A DNA stretch of 64,000 nucleotides, from NCBI GenBank assembly GCA_964500505.1, contig CAZCNN010000001.1, positions 131,826-195,825 of the forward strand, given 5' to 3'. This DNA is from an uncultured Bdellovibrionales bacterium. GTDB lineage: Bacteria; Patescibacteriota; Minisyncoccia; Moranbacterales; UBA1568. The notes under the pieces were generated by a model. That model was not told where the DNA came from. It did no database searches and saw nothing but the letters and a program-made list of their open reading frames with translations. A program made the position numbers and the translations under genes. Of the stretch, positions 27,892-36,998 are shown in pieces; the stretch's first letter is position 1; every line of letters begins with the position of its first letter.

Positions 27892-28095
27892 TTAGAGTCC
27901 GTAAGCAGTCGAGAGCGTGCTCAAGAAAAACGGGACTGCAAAAACAAGACCAATAAGAGGGAGTACAAACGTGACGAGCGTCGCAATCATCGTCCACAAG
28001 AAATACTTGCGCGTCTTCTCAACAGACTGATAGATCTGCTCGAGCCGTTCATCCTGCGCCTCCAGTTTTTTCTTGAGTTCTGGGTCCATACCCAT
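27892..28095 (-). CDS. Small membrane protein (67 aa, 2 TM), hypothetical
   Basis: Charged N-terminus then two hydrophobic helices; tightly packed after the zinc-ribbon ORF. Confidence 0.35.
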   Translation of the reverse strand: MGMDPELKKKLEAQDERLEQIYQSVEKTRKYFLWTMIATLVTFVLPLIGLVFAVPFFLSTLSTAYGL

Positions 28096-28155
28096 AGTAT
28101 AGCACTCCTTGAGAAAGAAAAAAGGAGGTCCAGGAAACTCCCATAACCTCCAGAG

Positions 28156-28434
28156 CTACTCCATCTGTGCCTCTCCGCGCTTGCGCGGAGCCACTTCACT
28201 CACTTGTGGTGAACGACGCAAACCATCACCCATGTGTCGCACGGGGTCAGATTCAGCAAACTGTACTGCTGGGGCATCCGGTACCCCTTGGTACTGATAT
28301 CGCAGGTGCCACTCGTCACGACACGGAAGCGAGCACAGTCGAACTTCGTACAAGTCGTGATAGCCATCAGCCCAATCAAATGTCCCCTTACACTGAGGAC
28401 ACACAGCGATATATACAGCCATCTTGTCCTCCAT
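28156..28434 (-). CDS. Small zinc-ribbon protein (CPQCKG...CSLPC), hypothetical
   Basis: Four Cys in CxxC...CxxxC spacing. Start placed at M9 (28434) to clear the upstream stop; an ATG at 28422 is an alternative start. Confidence 0.4.
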   Translation of the reverse strand: MEDKMAVYIAVCPQCKGTFDWADGYHDLYEVRLCSLPCRDEWHLRYQYQGVPDAPAVQFAESDPVRHMGDGLRRSPQVSEVAPRKRGEAQME

Positions 28435-28454
28435 GTTGGTTCGAAAGAACGAGA

Positions 28455-30410
28455 TCACCCCCCAAAGAACTTCGCCACCTGAGAGATGATAACGAGAGCT
28501 GCAAGAGCCACCGTGATACCAATAAGGGAGTATTTGACGATAGATTTACCGGTATTGATCCGGTCTTCATCTCCAGTGGCCGTGAGGTACATGAGGCCTC
28601 CAATCACGAGCATGATAATCCCGATGATACCAATGACTGAGAGGAGGAAGTTCAGGATCCCTGTAAGAATCTCGGTGATACTCTTGGCACTGTCTGCTGG
28701 GCTACCATCAACCGCTCCCCAGCCTAAGATAGCGCCAATCTCTTTGAGGAATGACGGTGCAGCGAGAGCGAGAGCAAGGCCAATGAGAGCGGCGGTAATA
28801 ATGAGTTTGCCGGTAGAGAGCTTGGAGTCATTGCCTCCGGCCGTCATGTAAACTATGGAGCCAATCACAATCATGATAAGAGAGAGGATGACGATAATCG
28901 CTTGGAGGAAGCCTAAGAGAGAGGTAAGAATCTCATCGACGGTATTAAAGGCTAAGGGGTTACTAATGGGGATAGTGTAGAGGACGGCTTCAGAGCCAGT
29001 TCTCGCAAGGCAACAGACTCCCGTACCATCTTTGGTCCGACCGACCACTTGTTCGGTGGCGTCGTTACAGCTCGCTTTGGGGGTGCCTACATCACATTTG
29101 CTGTTGTCGGTGGGAGGATTGCCAGGAGCTGGTGAGCCTGGTGGCAGAGGAGGTGGAGTATCACCAGAACCAATTGTAACCTGGACAGTCTCTTTAGGAC
29201 CAAATCCATAAGCGCCGTCCTGCCGTTGACAAAAGAATATATAGGTTGTTGTTGCTTTTGGCGCTACAACCCGACTCCCAGTCTGGGGACTATTATCCTT
29301 CGCTACAAATAAAACAGCATTATTGCCAAGTTGTCCATCATTGCGTGTGTTCTCCTCCAACCTACAATTAGTGCCGTTTTTGATACTCCAGAAGAGAGTG
29401 GTCGTCTCCCCTACTGTTTGGAGAGATAAAGGCTCAGCATAAAAATCCAAAATTTGTGGATAAAAACCAACATTTACATAAGCAGAAAAGTGAGGGCCAT
29501 AATTACTCGTAATAGCCCCTACGCCCTTACTATCAACACACAGCATGTTATACGCCCCAGATGCAGTAGGCTGAGAGGTCATACTACCATTGACTGGGAC
29601 ATCGACCCAAGATGCGAGATTTGAATCTTGATCTGCCTTTATTTGACAACTCACTGCCCCCTGAGTTATCCAAGACAACTTGGTTGTTTCACCTGGTTCT
29701 ATGTATTGTGGATTGGTAGTAAGAGATATGTAGCTTACCTCGGAGACTGATGGAGGAGGACCAGAAGAAGCCTCTATGCAAGCAAAATTACCTAGTTGAT
29801 CCTGACCCGGGACATGATTGGGACCACAATGCCACTCACACTTACGAGCAGTATCCGCCACACTATATATCCAAGACGTATCGGCTAGGACATCGATACT
29901 ATCAGTAGGATATATCTCTATACCACTCGTTACTAGCCATGGTTCGAGTCCCGTACATTTGCCATTGGCGATGACATTAACCGTTACCTCGTCATACAAA
30001 AGGTTCTCTTCGGCAAGATACGCATACCCGCAACCAAGGCGATACGTGACCTGTCCAAGTGATGTTGGGATAAAAATACGTGGCTGAGTATGAATCGGAT
30101 GAAATTGATCCTGGATATCGGGTACCATCGAATCTGGATCAAAATACAGAGTCGCAGTTGCTACCTGTCGATAGCCATCACTGCTAGTAAAAACACATTG
30201 CTTTGGCTCGGTATCACGAGGGAACTGGTCAGCTTGGATGAATAACTCCACTTCTTCGCCAAGTCCAATTGTAGCCGGACTCTCTAAAACAAGATCAACA
30301 GACTCATTTGCTGCTTGCGCTGAAGTGATGAGACCGAGACTCATGGTAAAACCTAGGCCACTCACTAATAGCAAATTTCTAAAATACGCCTTGCATGAGA
30401 TAAATGGCAT
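28455..30410 (-). CDS. Large secreted/surface protein with C-terminal tandem TrbC/VirB2-like 2-TM modules (paralog B)
   Basis: Signal peptide MPFISCKAYFRNLLLVSGLGFTMSLGLITSAQA, shared domain (SCQIKADQDSNLASWVDVPVNGS, cf. SCQMKADYDPNWSDWQDVSVNGS in paralog A), linker TPPPLPPGSPAPGNPPT, Cys-knot, then IVIGSIVYMTAGGNDSKLSTGKLIITAALIGLALALAAP and VIGGLMYLTATGDEDRINTGKSIVKYSLIGITVALAAL. Confidence 0.7.
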   Translation of the reverse strand: MPFISCKAYFRNLLLVSGLGFTMSLGLITSAQAANESVDLVLESPATIGLGEEVELFIQADQFPRDTEPKQCVFTSSDGYRQVATATLYFDPDSMVPDIQDQFHPIHTQPRIFIPTSLGQVTYRLGCGYAYLAEENLLYDEVTVNVIANGKCTGLEPWLVTSGIEIYPTDSIDVLADTSWIYSVADTARKCEWHCGPNHVPGQDQLGNFACIEASSGPPPSVSEVSYISLTTNPQYIEPGETTKLSWITQGAVSCQIKADQDSNLASWVDVPVNGSMTSQPTASGAYNMLCVDSKGVGAITSNYGPHFSAYVNVGFYPQILDFYAEPLSLQTVGETTTLFWSIKNGTNCRLEENTRNDGQLGNNAVLFVAKDNSPQTGSRVVAPKATTTYIFFCQRQDGAYGFGPKETVQVTIGSGDTPPPLPPGSPAPGNPPTDNSKCDVGTPKASCNDATEQVVGRTKDGTGVCCLARTGSEAVLYTIPISNPLAFNTVDEILTSLLGFLQAIIVILSLIMIVIGSIVYMTAGGNDSKLSTGKLIITAALIGLALALAAPSFLKEIGAILGWGAVDGSPADSAKSITEILTGILNFLLSVIGIIGIIMLVIGGLMYLTATGDEDRINTGKSIVKYSLIGITVALAALVIISQVAKFFGG

Positions 30411-30519
30411 AAGTGCACTCTTCTTTATATTTCGTTTGTTTAATTATAGCACATACGAGTAACGCTCACCAGAAAAAACACACCCTTTAAACTTCCTTGC
30501 CATGGGTGATATAGTTTGA

Positions 30520-31452
30520 TTAAAATCCAACCAATTGCACTTCTTCTTGGAGTTTCACGCCAAGTTCGTCGCGGACACGGGTCTTGACGAGGCTCGCCAG
30601 CATGACGATATCAGTTGCCGAAGCGGTCCCAGTATTTACGAGATAGTTCGGGTGTTTGGGACTCACCTGAGCACCTCCGATGGTCTTGCCCCGTAGTCCC
30701 ACGTGATCGATGAGCCAGCCTGCTGGGAGCTTGCCATCCTTCGAGGAGTTGCCGGTATCCTTTTCAAATTCTTTGAGTAAGTGTTCGTCATTCACCAACG
30801 GATTCATAAAAAATGAACCAGCGCACTTGGCATCCTGAGGGTGCTTGGACTCACGAGTGGCCATGGTTTCCTTGATAGTACGCTCGAGGAGTACCCGATC
30901 GCCCCCCTCACGGAGTGAGAGCTCAGCCGAGAGGACCACGAGTGACGGATGCTTCTTAAAATGGCTTGTTCGGTAGGAAAATTCACATTCGGCCTGCGTA
31001 TATTCATGCACCATGCCCGTCTTCTGATCAAGCGCTTTGACCGACGTCACATACTGCCCTATTTCTGTCCCAAAGGCACCCGCATTGCCCCGGACCGCCC
31101 CGCCAAGTGACCCAGGGATACCAGCGAGTTTCTCGATTCCTGAAAGTCCAGCGTCTTTAGCAGACCAGACAACATTCATAAGCGGGACACCGGCTCCGAC
31201 CATGATTTTTACTCCCTTTACCTTGATACCCCCAGGTACAATTCGGGCAACAATTCCCGGGAAGCCTTTGTCTGCAAAAAGAACGTTGCTTCCTCCTCCG
31301 AGGACCCAAAGCGGGAGCTTGTGTTTTTCAGCATAGTCAAATACCTCCGAGAGTTCAATGGCCCCCGAGGCTTCGGCATAGTAGCGTGCTTCTCCTCCGA
31401 CCTTAAACGTGGTAAATGGAGCGAGTGGCACATGTTCACGAAGCGCAATCAT
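30520..31452 (-). CDS. murB: UDP-N-acetylenolpyruvoylglucosamine reductase
   Basis: MIALREHVPLAPFTTFKVGGEARYY FAD-binding N-terminus. Confidence 0.9.
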   Translation of the reverse strand: MIALREHVPLAPFTTFKVGGEARYYAEASGAIELSEVFDYAEKHKLPLWVLGGGSNVLFADKGFPGIVARIVPGGIKVKGVKIMVGAGVPLMNVVWSAKDAGLSGIEKLAGIPGSLGGAVRGNAGAFGTEIGQYVTSVKALDQKTGMVHEYTQAECEFSYRTSHFKKHPSLVVLSAELSLREGGDRVLLERTIKETMATRESKHPQDAKCAGSFFMNPLVNDEHLLKEFEKDTGNSSKDGKLPAGWLIDHVGLRGKTIGGAQVSPKHPNYLVNTGTASATDIVMLASLVKTRVRDELGVKLQEEVQLVGF

Positions 31453-31464
31453 TTGAAAGGAGAA

Positions 31465-32877
31465 TCATCGTTTAGCGAGCGCATGAGATATCTCCCACAC
31501 ATTGCCCGCACCTACGGTAATAATAACATCGTTTCGGCCCATTGTCTTCTCAAGCTCGGTCGTGAGTGCCATACTATCAGTCACATACTCTGCTTTGCCC
31601 GGAAAATAACGATTGAGCTCGTTCACCAAGTCAGCCGACGATACATGGCCAGCCACTTCACGGGCACTACCGTAGATATCAAGGACATAGACCCGATCGG
31701 CATCATCAAAGCTCTGGGCGAATTCCGAGAGGAGTGCCTCGGTCCGGGTAAATGAATGCGGATGAAAGATAGCGGTGATTTTTTTATCAGGATAGAGATC
31801 GCGGAAGGCACGGAGCGTCACGCGGAGCTCCTCTGGATGATGAGCATAATCATCGTAAAGCATCGCACCATAGCGCTCACCGATATACTCAAAGCGTCGC
31901 TCGGTCCCGGTGAACCGCTCAAGGGCCGCTGTCACGCGCTCATTCTTAAGCCCCAGGGTCGAGAGGAGCGCCACCACGGCTGTGGCATTCAAGGCATTGT
32001 GGACCCCAGCGAGACGCAGACGATAACTCTCAGCCTGTTCTCCAGTTACCACCGAAAGGCTCTGGCGAAACATGTCCTTCTCGGTCACAAATCCCGGTGT
32101 GACAGGTAAATAGTCAGTTACCCGAAACTCTGCCTCCTTATGAGTCCCGTAGGACACTTTGCGACAGTGAGCATGCTCCGCTATCCGAACGACACTGGCT
32201 GAATCAGCGCAATAGACGAGGACTCCCTGGGCAGGGATACGAGCGACAAAATCGATAAATGCCTGTTCGTAGGACTGTTCGGTCAGGAAAAAATCCGGAT
32301 GATCATAGTCGACACTGGTGAGGATGACCGCAAACGGCTGGTAGTGAGCCAGTTTGTTCTGATACTCATCTGCTTCCAGTACCAAGTAGTTCCCATGGCC
32401 CGCGAGCGCATTGCCACCCCAGCTTATGATGCGACTGCCGACAATGGCCGAAGGATCTTGGCCGAGATACTCGAGGGTGTCGGCGAGGAGCGCGCTCGTC
32501 GTCGTCTTGCCATGCGTGCCGCAAACTGCCAGAGTGAGTTTTTCACGAGTCAGGAGGCCGAGCGCTTCGGGATAACTGAGTACCGGTCGCTTACTCGCCA
32601 GAGCGGCCGCGAGTTCCGTATTTCGCTCGGGTGTATAAGCCGTCGAATAGATGATGAGGTCAGCATCCTCCGGGATATGCTCGGGAGCAAACCCCACCTC
32701 TACCACTATCCCGAGACGATTGAGTATCTCGTCGGTAAAAAAGACCTCGTCTGTATCGGATCCCGTGACCGCCATCCCATTCCGAAGGAGGAGCTCAGCC
32801 AAGGCCGTCATCCCGGCCCCCTTGATACCAATGAGGTGCGGCTTTTTGTAGCGAAACAAAGAAAGAGTGTCTGACAT
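31465..32877 (-). CDS. murC: UDP-N-acetylmuramate--L-alanine ligase
   Basis: IGIKGAGMTALAELL and Mur ligase central/C-terminal motifs. Confidence 0.9.
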   Translation of the reverse strand: MSDTLSLFRYKKPHLIGIKGAGMTALAELLLRNGMAVTGSDTDEVFFTDEILNRLGIVVEVGFAPEHIPEDADLIIYSTAYTPERNTELAAALASKRPVLSYPEALGLLTREKLTLAVCGTHGKTTTSALLADTLEYLGQDPSAIVGSRIISWGGNALAGHGNYLVLEADEYQNKLAHYQPFAVILTSVDYDHPDFFLTEQSYEQAFIDFVARIPAQGVLVYCADSASVVRIAEHAHCRKVSYGTHKEAEFRVTDYLPVTPGFVTEKDMFRQSLSVVTGEQAESYRLRLAGVHNALNATAVVALLSTLGLKNERVTAALERFTGTERRFEYIGERYGAMLYDDYAHHPEELRVTLRAFRDLYPDKKITAIFHPHSFTRTEALLSEFAQSFDDADRVYVLDIYGSAREVAGHVSSADLVNELNRYFPGKAEYVTDSMALTTELEKTMGRNDVIITVGAGNVWEISHALAKR

Positions 32878-32879
32878 AC

Positions 32880-34013
32880 CTAGCGGACAATAATCGAACG
32901 GATACCAGTCGCTATCGCCTCGGCTGCATCCGGATGATGAAAGACTGAGAGCTTCTCGCCCATCGACTGACGGAGTTCCGGATTGTTCACGAGTTCGATA
33001 ATTTTTTGGGTCAAGAGATGCTCGCCGAGGTTCGGCTCTTCGAGGACGATGGCTCCCCCGATAGCGGCGACATCATAGGCATTCATCCGCTGTTCATCAT
33101 TGGCCGCTCCAAGAAGTGGCACGAGGATGGTAGCCTTTTTGGTCGCCGCGAGCTCAGCGATAGAGCTAGCACCAGCCCGCGATAGGACCACGGTTGCCAG
33201 AGCCAGAGCGTCCGCGAGTTCGGGCGCAGTCAAGAAATCACGCACCACGTAGCCATTGCCTGGTGCGATGCCATTTTCTGCGAGTACCTTTTGGATGGTA
33301 TCAAAGTTCTGTTTGCCTGACTGATGAATAATCTGGATACCGGCCTGGAGGAGTTCGAGAAGGATGCGGAGGACGGCTTCATTGAGTACCATTGCCCCCT
33401 GGCTGCCGCCTAAGACGAGGAGAGTCGGTTTGTCCATAGATAAGCCATAGGTACTCGCCGCGCGACTAGCATCACCCGAGAGGATTTCTGCCCTCACCGG
33501 GTTCCCCGTGAGTGCGGTCTTGCCCTCAAGGAAATAGGTACGAGCGCTCGGATAGGCGATAGCGATCCGCGTCGCAAAGCGAGCGAGGAAGCGATTGGCA
33601 CGCCCAGCCACTGCGTCTGAATCATGGAGTACGACCGGAATCTGGTAGAGCCAAGCGGCGATAACAACGGGGACCGAAGCCGATCCGCCCTTGGCAAAGA
33701 CGACATCTGGCATGAAGACAAAGAGTCGCCACAGGGACTGAATGATGCCAATCGGCACTTTAAAAGGATCGACAAAGTTTTGCCACGAAAAGTAACGGCG
33801 CATCTTGCCGGTCATGACATACTGTGCGGGGATATTTTCAGTGGCCATGGCGTCACTCTCAAACTGGCCACGCGACCCAATAAACAAGAACTCTATCCCT
33901 TCGGGAAATTGTGCCCGAAGAGCGCGCGCCACAGCAATAAGTGGAAAGGTGTGTCCGCCAGAAACACCGCCAGAGAGGACCACGCGAGGAATAGCCATAA
34001 TAAGATGAATCAA
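32880..34013 (-). CDS. murG: Lipid II-forming UDP-GlcNAc transferase MurG
   Basis: LSGGVSGGHTFPLIAVARAL; GT28 layout. Confidence 0.9.
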   Translation of the reverse strand: MIHLIMAIPRVVLSGGVSGGHTFPLIAVARALRAQFPEGIEFLFIGSRGQFESDAMATENIPAQYVMTGKMRRYFSWQNFVDPFKVPIGIIQSLWRLFVFMPDVVFAKGGSASVPVVIAAWLYQIPVVLHDSDAVAGRANRFLARFATRIAIAYPSARTYFLEGKTALTGNPVRAEILSGDASRAASTYGLSMDKPTLLVLGGSQGAMVLNEAVLRILLELLQAGIQIIHQSGKQNFDTIQKVLAENGIAPGNGYVVRDFLTAPELADALALATVVLSRAGASSIAELAATKKATILVPLLGAANDEQRMNAYDVAAIGGAIVLEEPNLGEHLLTQKIIELVNNPELRQSMGEKLSVFHHPDAAEAIATGIRSIIVR

Positions 34014-34083
34014 GAATCAGGAATTATGAATCAGGAAAACAAAGAAAAGTATTTTCAGGCTCACTCTTCGTGCTTCTGTATTC

Positions 34084-35199
34084 CTAATTCCGCTCCTTCA
34101 GTGTACTGTGCTTGCTTATATTAAGCAAGATTCCCATGGCTGCCAAAATCACTGCCAGTGACGTCCCTCCGTAGCTAATAAATGGGAGTGGAATACCGGT
34201 GAGTGGGATGAGTCCCGTGATGGCAGAAATATTGATAAAAGCCTGAAATACGATCCACGAGACGATACCGACGGCGAGGAGTCGCCCGAATTCATCCGGC
34301 GCTCGAGCGGCGATACGGAGTCCGCGCCACGCGACAAAGAGAAAGAGTGAGACCACCACGACAGCGCCGATCATGCCGAGTTCCTCACCGAGGACTGCAA
34401 AGATAGAGTCGGTCACCGGCTCGGGGAGATAGTTGAACTTTTGACGACTCTGGCCGAGCCCGGCCCCGACGATGCCACCCGACCCGATGGCGAGGAGCGC
34501 CTGGGTCATCTGATACCCAAAGCCCATCGGATCATGCTCGGGATTCATAAAGACGAGAAAACGCTGCATCCGATACGGGGCAATCTGGATGAGAATAAAA
34601 AGAAACAAGAGCCCCCCAGCAAAGAGACTGAGGATATGACGGATACTGGCCCCGGAAGCAAAGAAGATAGCGAGCGAAATAAGGAAAATGAGTCCGAGCG
34701 TCCCGGTATCAGGCTGTTTGATGATGAGAAAGCCGACAATGGAGAGAAGAGCGAGAAATGGCACCAGCCCTTCAAAGAGATCAGATGTCTTGGCCCGACC
34801 TTTGCCGGAGAGCCAGGCCGAGAGGTAGAGAATAATAGCAAATTTCATCACTTCCGATGGCTGAAAGGAAATCGGTCCAATCTCGACCCAGCGAGCCGCT
34901 CCATAGACCGTGGTCCCAAACCCGGGGATAAAAACGAGGACCAAGAGGACGAGCGCCGTGATAAAGATAGGGAGGACAAACCGGCGCCACACCCGATAGT
35001 CGATTTGCTGGAGAATCAAGAGAAACGTGAGGCCCACTCCGAGACCAAGGAGTTGCTCCTTCAAGAAATAATAGTCATCACCAAAGCGCACTCGACCGTA
35101 CACCACACCGGCACTGGCGATCATGATGAGGCCGAGACCGAGGAGGGATAGGAGAGCAAAAAACAGCGGTCGGTCAAAATTAAACGTTGGTCGTTTCAT
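34084..35199 (-). CDS. ftsW: SEDS-family protein FtsW/RodA (probably FtsW)
   Basis: 10-TM SEDS pattern; position between murG and trmD. Start placed at MKRPTF (35199). Confidence 0.75.
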   Translation of the reverse strand: MKRPTFNFDRPLFFALLSLLGLGLIMIASAGVVYGRVRFGDDYYFLKEQLLGLGVGLTFLLILQQIDYRVWRRFVLPIFITALVLLVLVFIPGFGTTVYGAARWVEIGPISFQPSEVMKFAIILYLSAWLSGKGRAKTSDLFEGLVPFLALLSIVGFLIIKQPDTGTLGLIFLISLAIFFASGASIRHILSLFAGGLLFLFILIQIAPYRMQRFLVFMNPEHDPMGFGYQMTQALLAIGSGGIVGAGLGQSRQKFNYLPEPVTDSIFAVLGEELGMIGAVVVVSLFLFVAWRGLRIAARAPDEFGRLLAVGIVSWIVFQAFINISAITGLIPLTGIPLPFISYGGTSLAVILAAMGILLNISKHSTLKERN

Positions 35200-35881
35200 C
35201 GGTTTCTGTTGTTTTGGTATGAGTTTTGGCGACACTCTCACGCCACTTGGCGATGGCGGCATGGTGACCGGAGAGGAGTACCTGTGGGACGCGATTCCCC
35301 TGCCAAACTTCTGGCTTGGTGTACTGCGGATGCTCGAGGACGCCAGCTACCGTGTGTGACTCGGTTACCGCACTCTCATCATTGCCGAGTACCCCCGGCA
35401 CGAGTCGGGCCACCGCGTCGACGACGATCATGGCGGGGAGTTCTCCGCCCGTGAGCACATATTCGCCGATCGAGAGCTCCTCATCGACGAGATGCTCCGC
35501 GACGCGCTCATCGACCCCCTCGTAGCGTCCACAGAGAAGAATCAGCCGATCGTAGGTGGCGAGCCGCTTCACATCATCTTGGGTCATGATTTTACCCTTG
35601 GCAGAAAAGAGGATGGTTCGAGTAGCTTGTAGCGTGTAGGTGGTAGGTAGTAATTTTTTAACTGTTTCGAGCGCTTCAGCAATCGGCTCGACTTTGAGGA
35701 CCATGCCTGCCCCACCACCATACGGTGTATCATCGACCGTCTTGTGCTTGTCATGAGCATAGTCACGCAGTTGATGTGTCTCTACCTCAATCAGCCCCTT
35801 GTCAGAGGCGCGCTTGAGCATCGACACGCCAAAATACGAGTCGAAACTTTCTGGAAAGAGTGAAATAATATCAAATCTCAT
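35180..35881 (-). CDS. trmD: tRNA (guanine37-N1)-methyltransferase
   Basis: MRFDIISLFPE..., TPYGGGAGMVL and SIGEYVLTGGELPAMIVVDAV motifs; start at ATG 35879-35881. Confidence 0.9.
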   Translation of the reverse strand: MRFDIISLFPESFDSYFGVSMLKRASDKGLIEVETHQLRDYAHDKHKTVDDTPYGGGAGMVLKVEPIAEALETVKKLLPTTYTLQATRTILFSAKGKIMTQDDVKRLATYDRLILLCGRYEGVDERVAEHLVDEELSIGEYVLTGGELPAMIVVDAVARLVPGVLGNDESAVTESHTVAGVLEHPQYTKPEVWQGNRVPQVLLSGHHAAIAKWRESVAKTHTKTTETDETTNV

Positions 35882-35989
35882 GTGAGTCATGTTATCGCCT
35901 ACATTATCATCCATTGTAGCATAGCTCCATTCGCTTTTGTAGAAAAAAAAGCCGTTGAGATATGTCCCAACGACTAACACATACACGGC

Positions 35990-36793
35990 TCAGGCGGTCG
36001 CCACATCCCCGACATCCGTGAGAACGGGCAGGACAAAGTCGCGGATCAGCCGCAGATCTCTGGCGTCATTCGGCGCGAGAACGCCAGGATAGACGTCATG
36101 CAACCGCCAAGTGATGTCCGTTGACATGTCAGGATGTCGCTCGCTCACCAGAAACACGGTAACTGGATTGGCGAACACATCAAAACGCGTCTTCACGCCG
36201 ATCGGAATCAGGTGATCCTGCTCAGGTGGCACCCACACATCGAGAGCATACCTGCCGCTGACCATGACATCAGGACAATCGGCATCAAACAGTAGGCTGA
36301 GTACTCGGCCCTTTGACGGATAAATGGCCGTCTTATGCAGGACACCTGACAGGCGACACTCAGAGCCATAGTAGCGTCCAGTGCGCGCCAGGTCGCTCAT
36401 GTACCAGGCTTTCCGCCACTTGATATAGCGACGTATCCCGTACCACTCGATGACGCTCGCGCCGGTCAGCACCAATACAAGACTCGGCCAACCACTCGTC
36501 CATCTCGAGAACAGGAAGAGCAACATCATGTTGAAGCAGAAGAAAAGCAGTCCCCTTCGCCACGAGATGCCACCGTCAAATCGCTCGAGATCTCGAGCGA
36601 GCGCTGGTCTCGGATAGCCGGTGAAGAACGCACCCGTGCGAGCGCAGTGCTTCTGCAAAAAGCGCTCGAGATAGCGTTCAATATCGAGGAGGTTCATCCC
36701 CGACCAATGCGCCAGCATACCCGCCATCGCAAAGGTCCCGATGAAATAAAAACTCGAGATGAATACCTCGAACGCCGTCAGTTCAAATCGCAT
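35990..36793 (-). CDS. Hypothetical membrane protein (N-terminal TM helices plus a soluble C-domain)
   Basis: ORF with several TM segments; no motif recognised. Confidence 0.45.
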   Translation of the reverse strand: MRFELTAFEVFISSFYFIGTFAMAGMLAHWSGMNLLDIERYLERFLQKHCARTGAFFTGYPRPALARDLERFDGGISWRRGLLFFCFNMMLLFLFSRWTSGWPSLVLVLTGASVIEWYGIRRYIKWRKAWYMSDLARTGRYYGSECRLSGVLHKTAIYPSKGRVLSLLFDADCPDVMVSGRYALDVWVPPEQDHLIPIGVKTRFDVFANPVTVFLVSERHPDMSTDITWRLHDVYPGVLAPNDARDLRLIRDFVLPVLTDVGDVATA

Positions 36794-36998
36794 GAGAAAT
36801 CTCCTGCGCCGTAGCGCCTTGTTGTAAAAGCCTCAGATGAGGCGATGGAAAGAACGCTGCCAAATTGTATGCAAACAAAAAGGCAGTAGTGAAGGGGTAT
36901 CAAGAGCACATGCAGGATACCCCTTGGCTACTGCCTCGAAACTGCGGGTTTCGAAACAGCTGGAACCCGCATCGAGTGCGGGATGACGCAGAATTACG

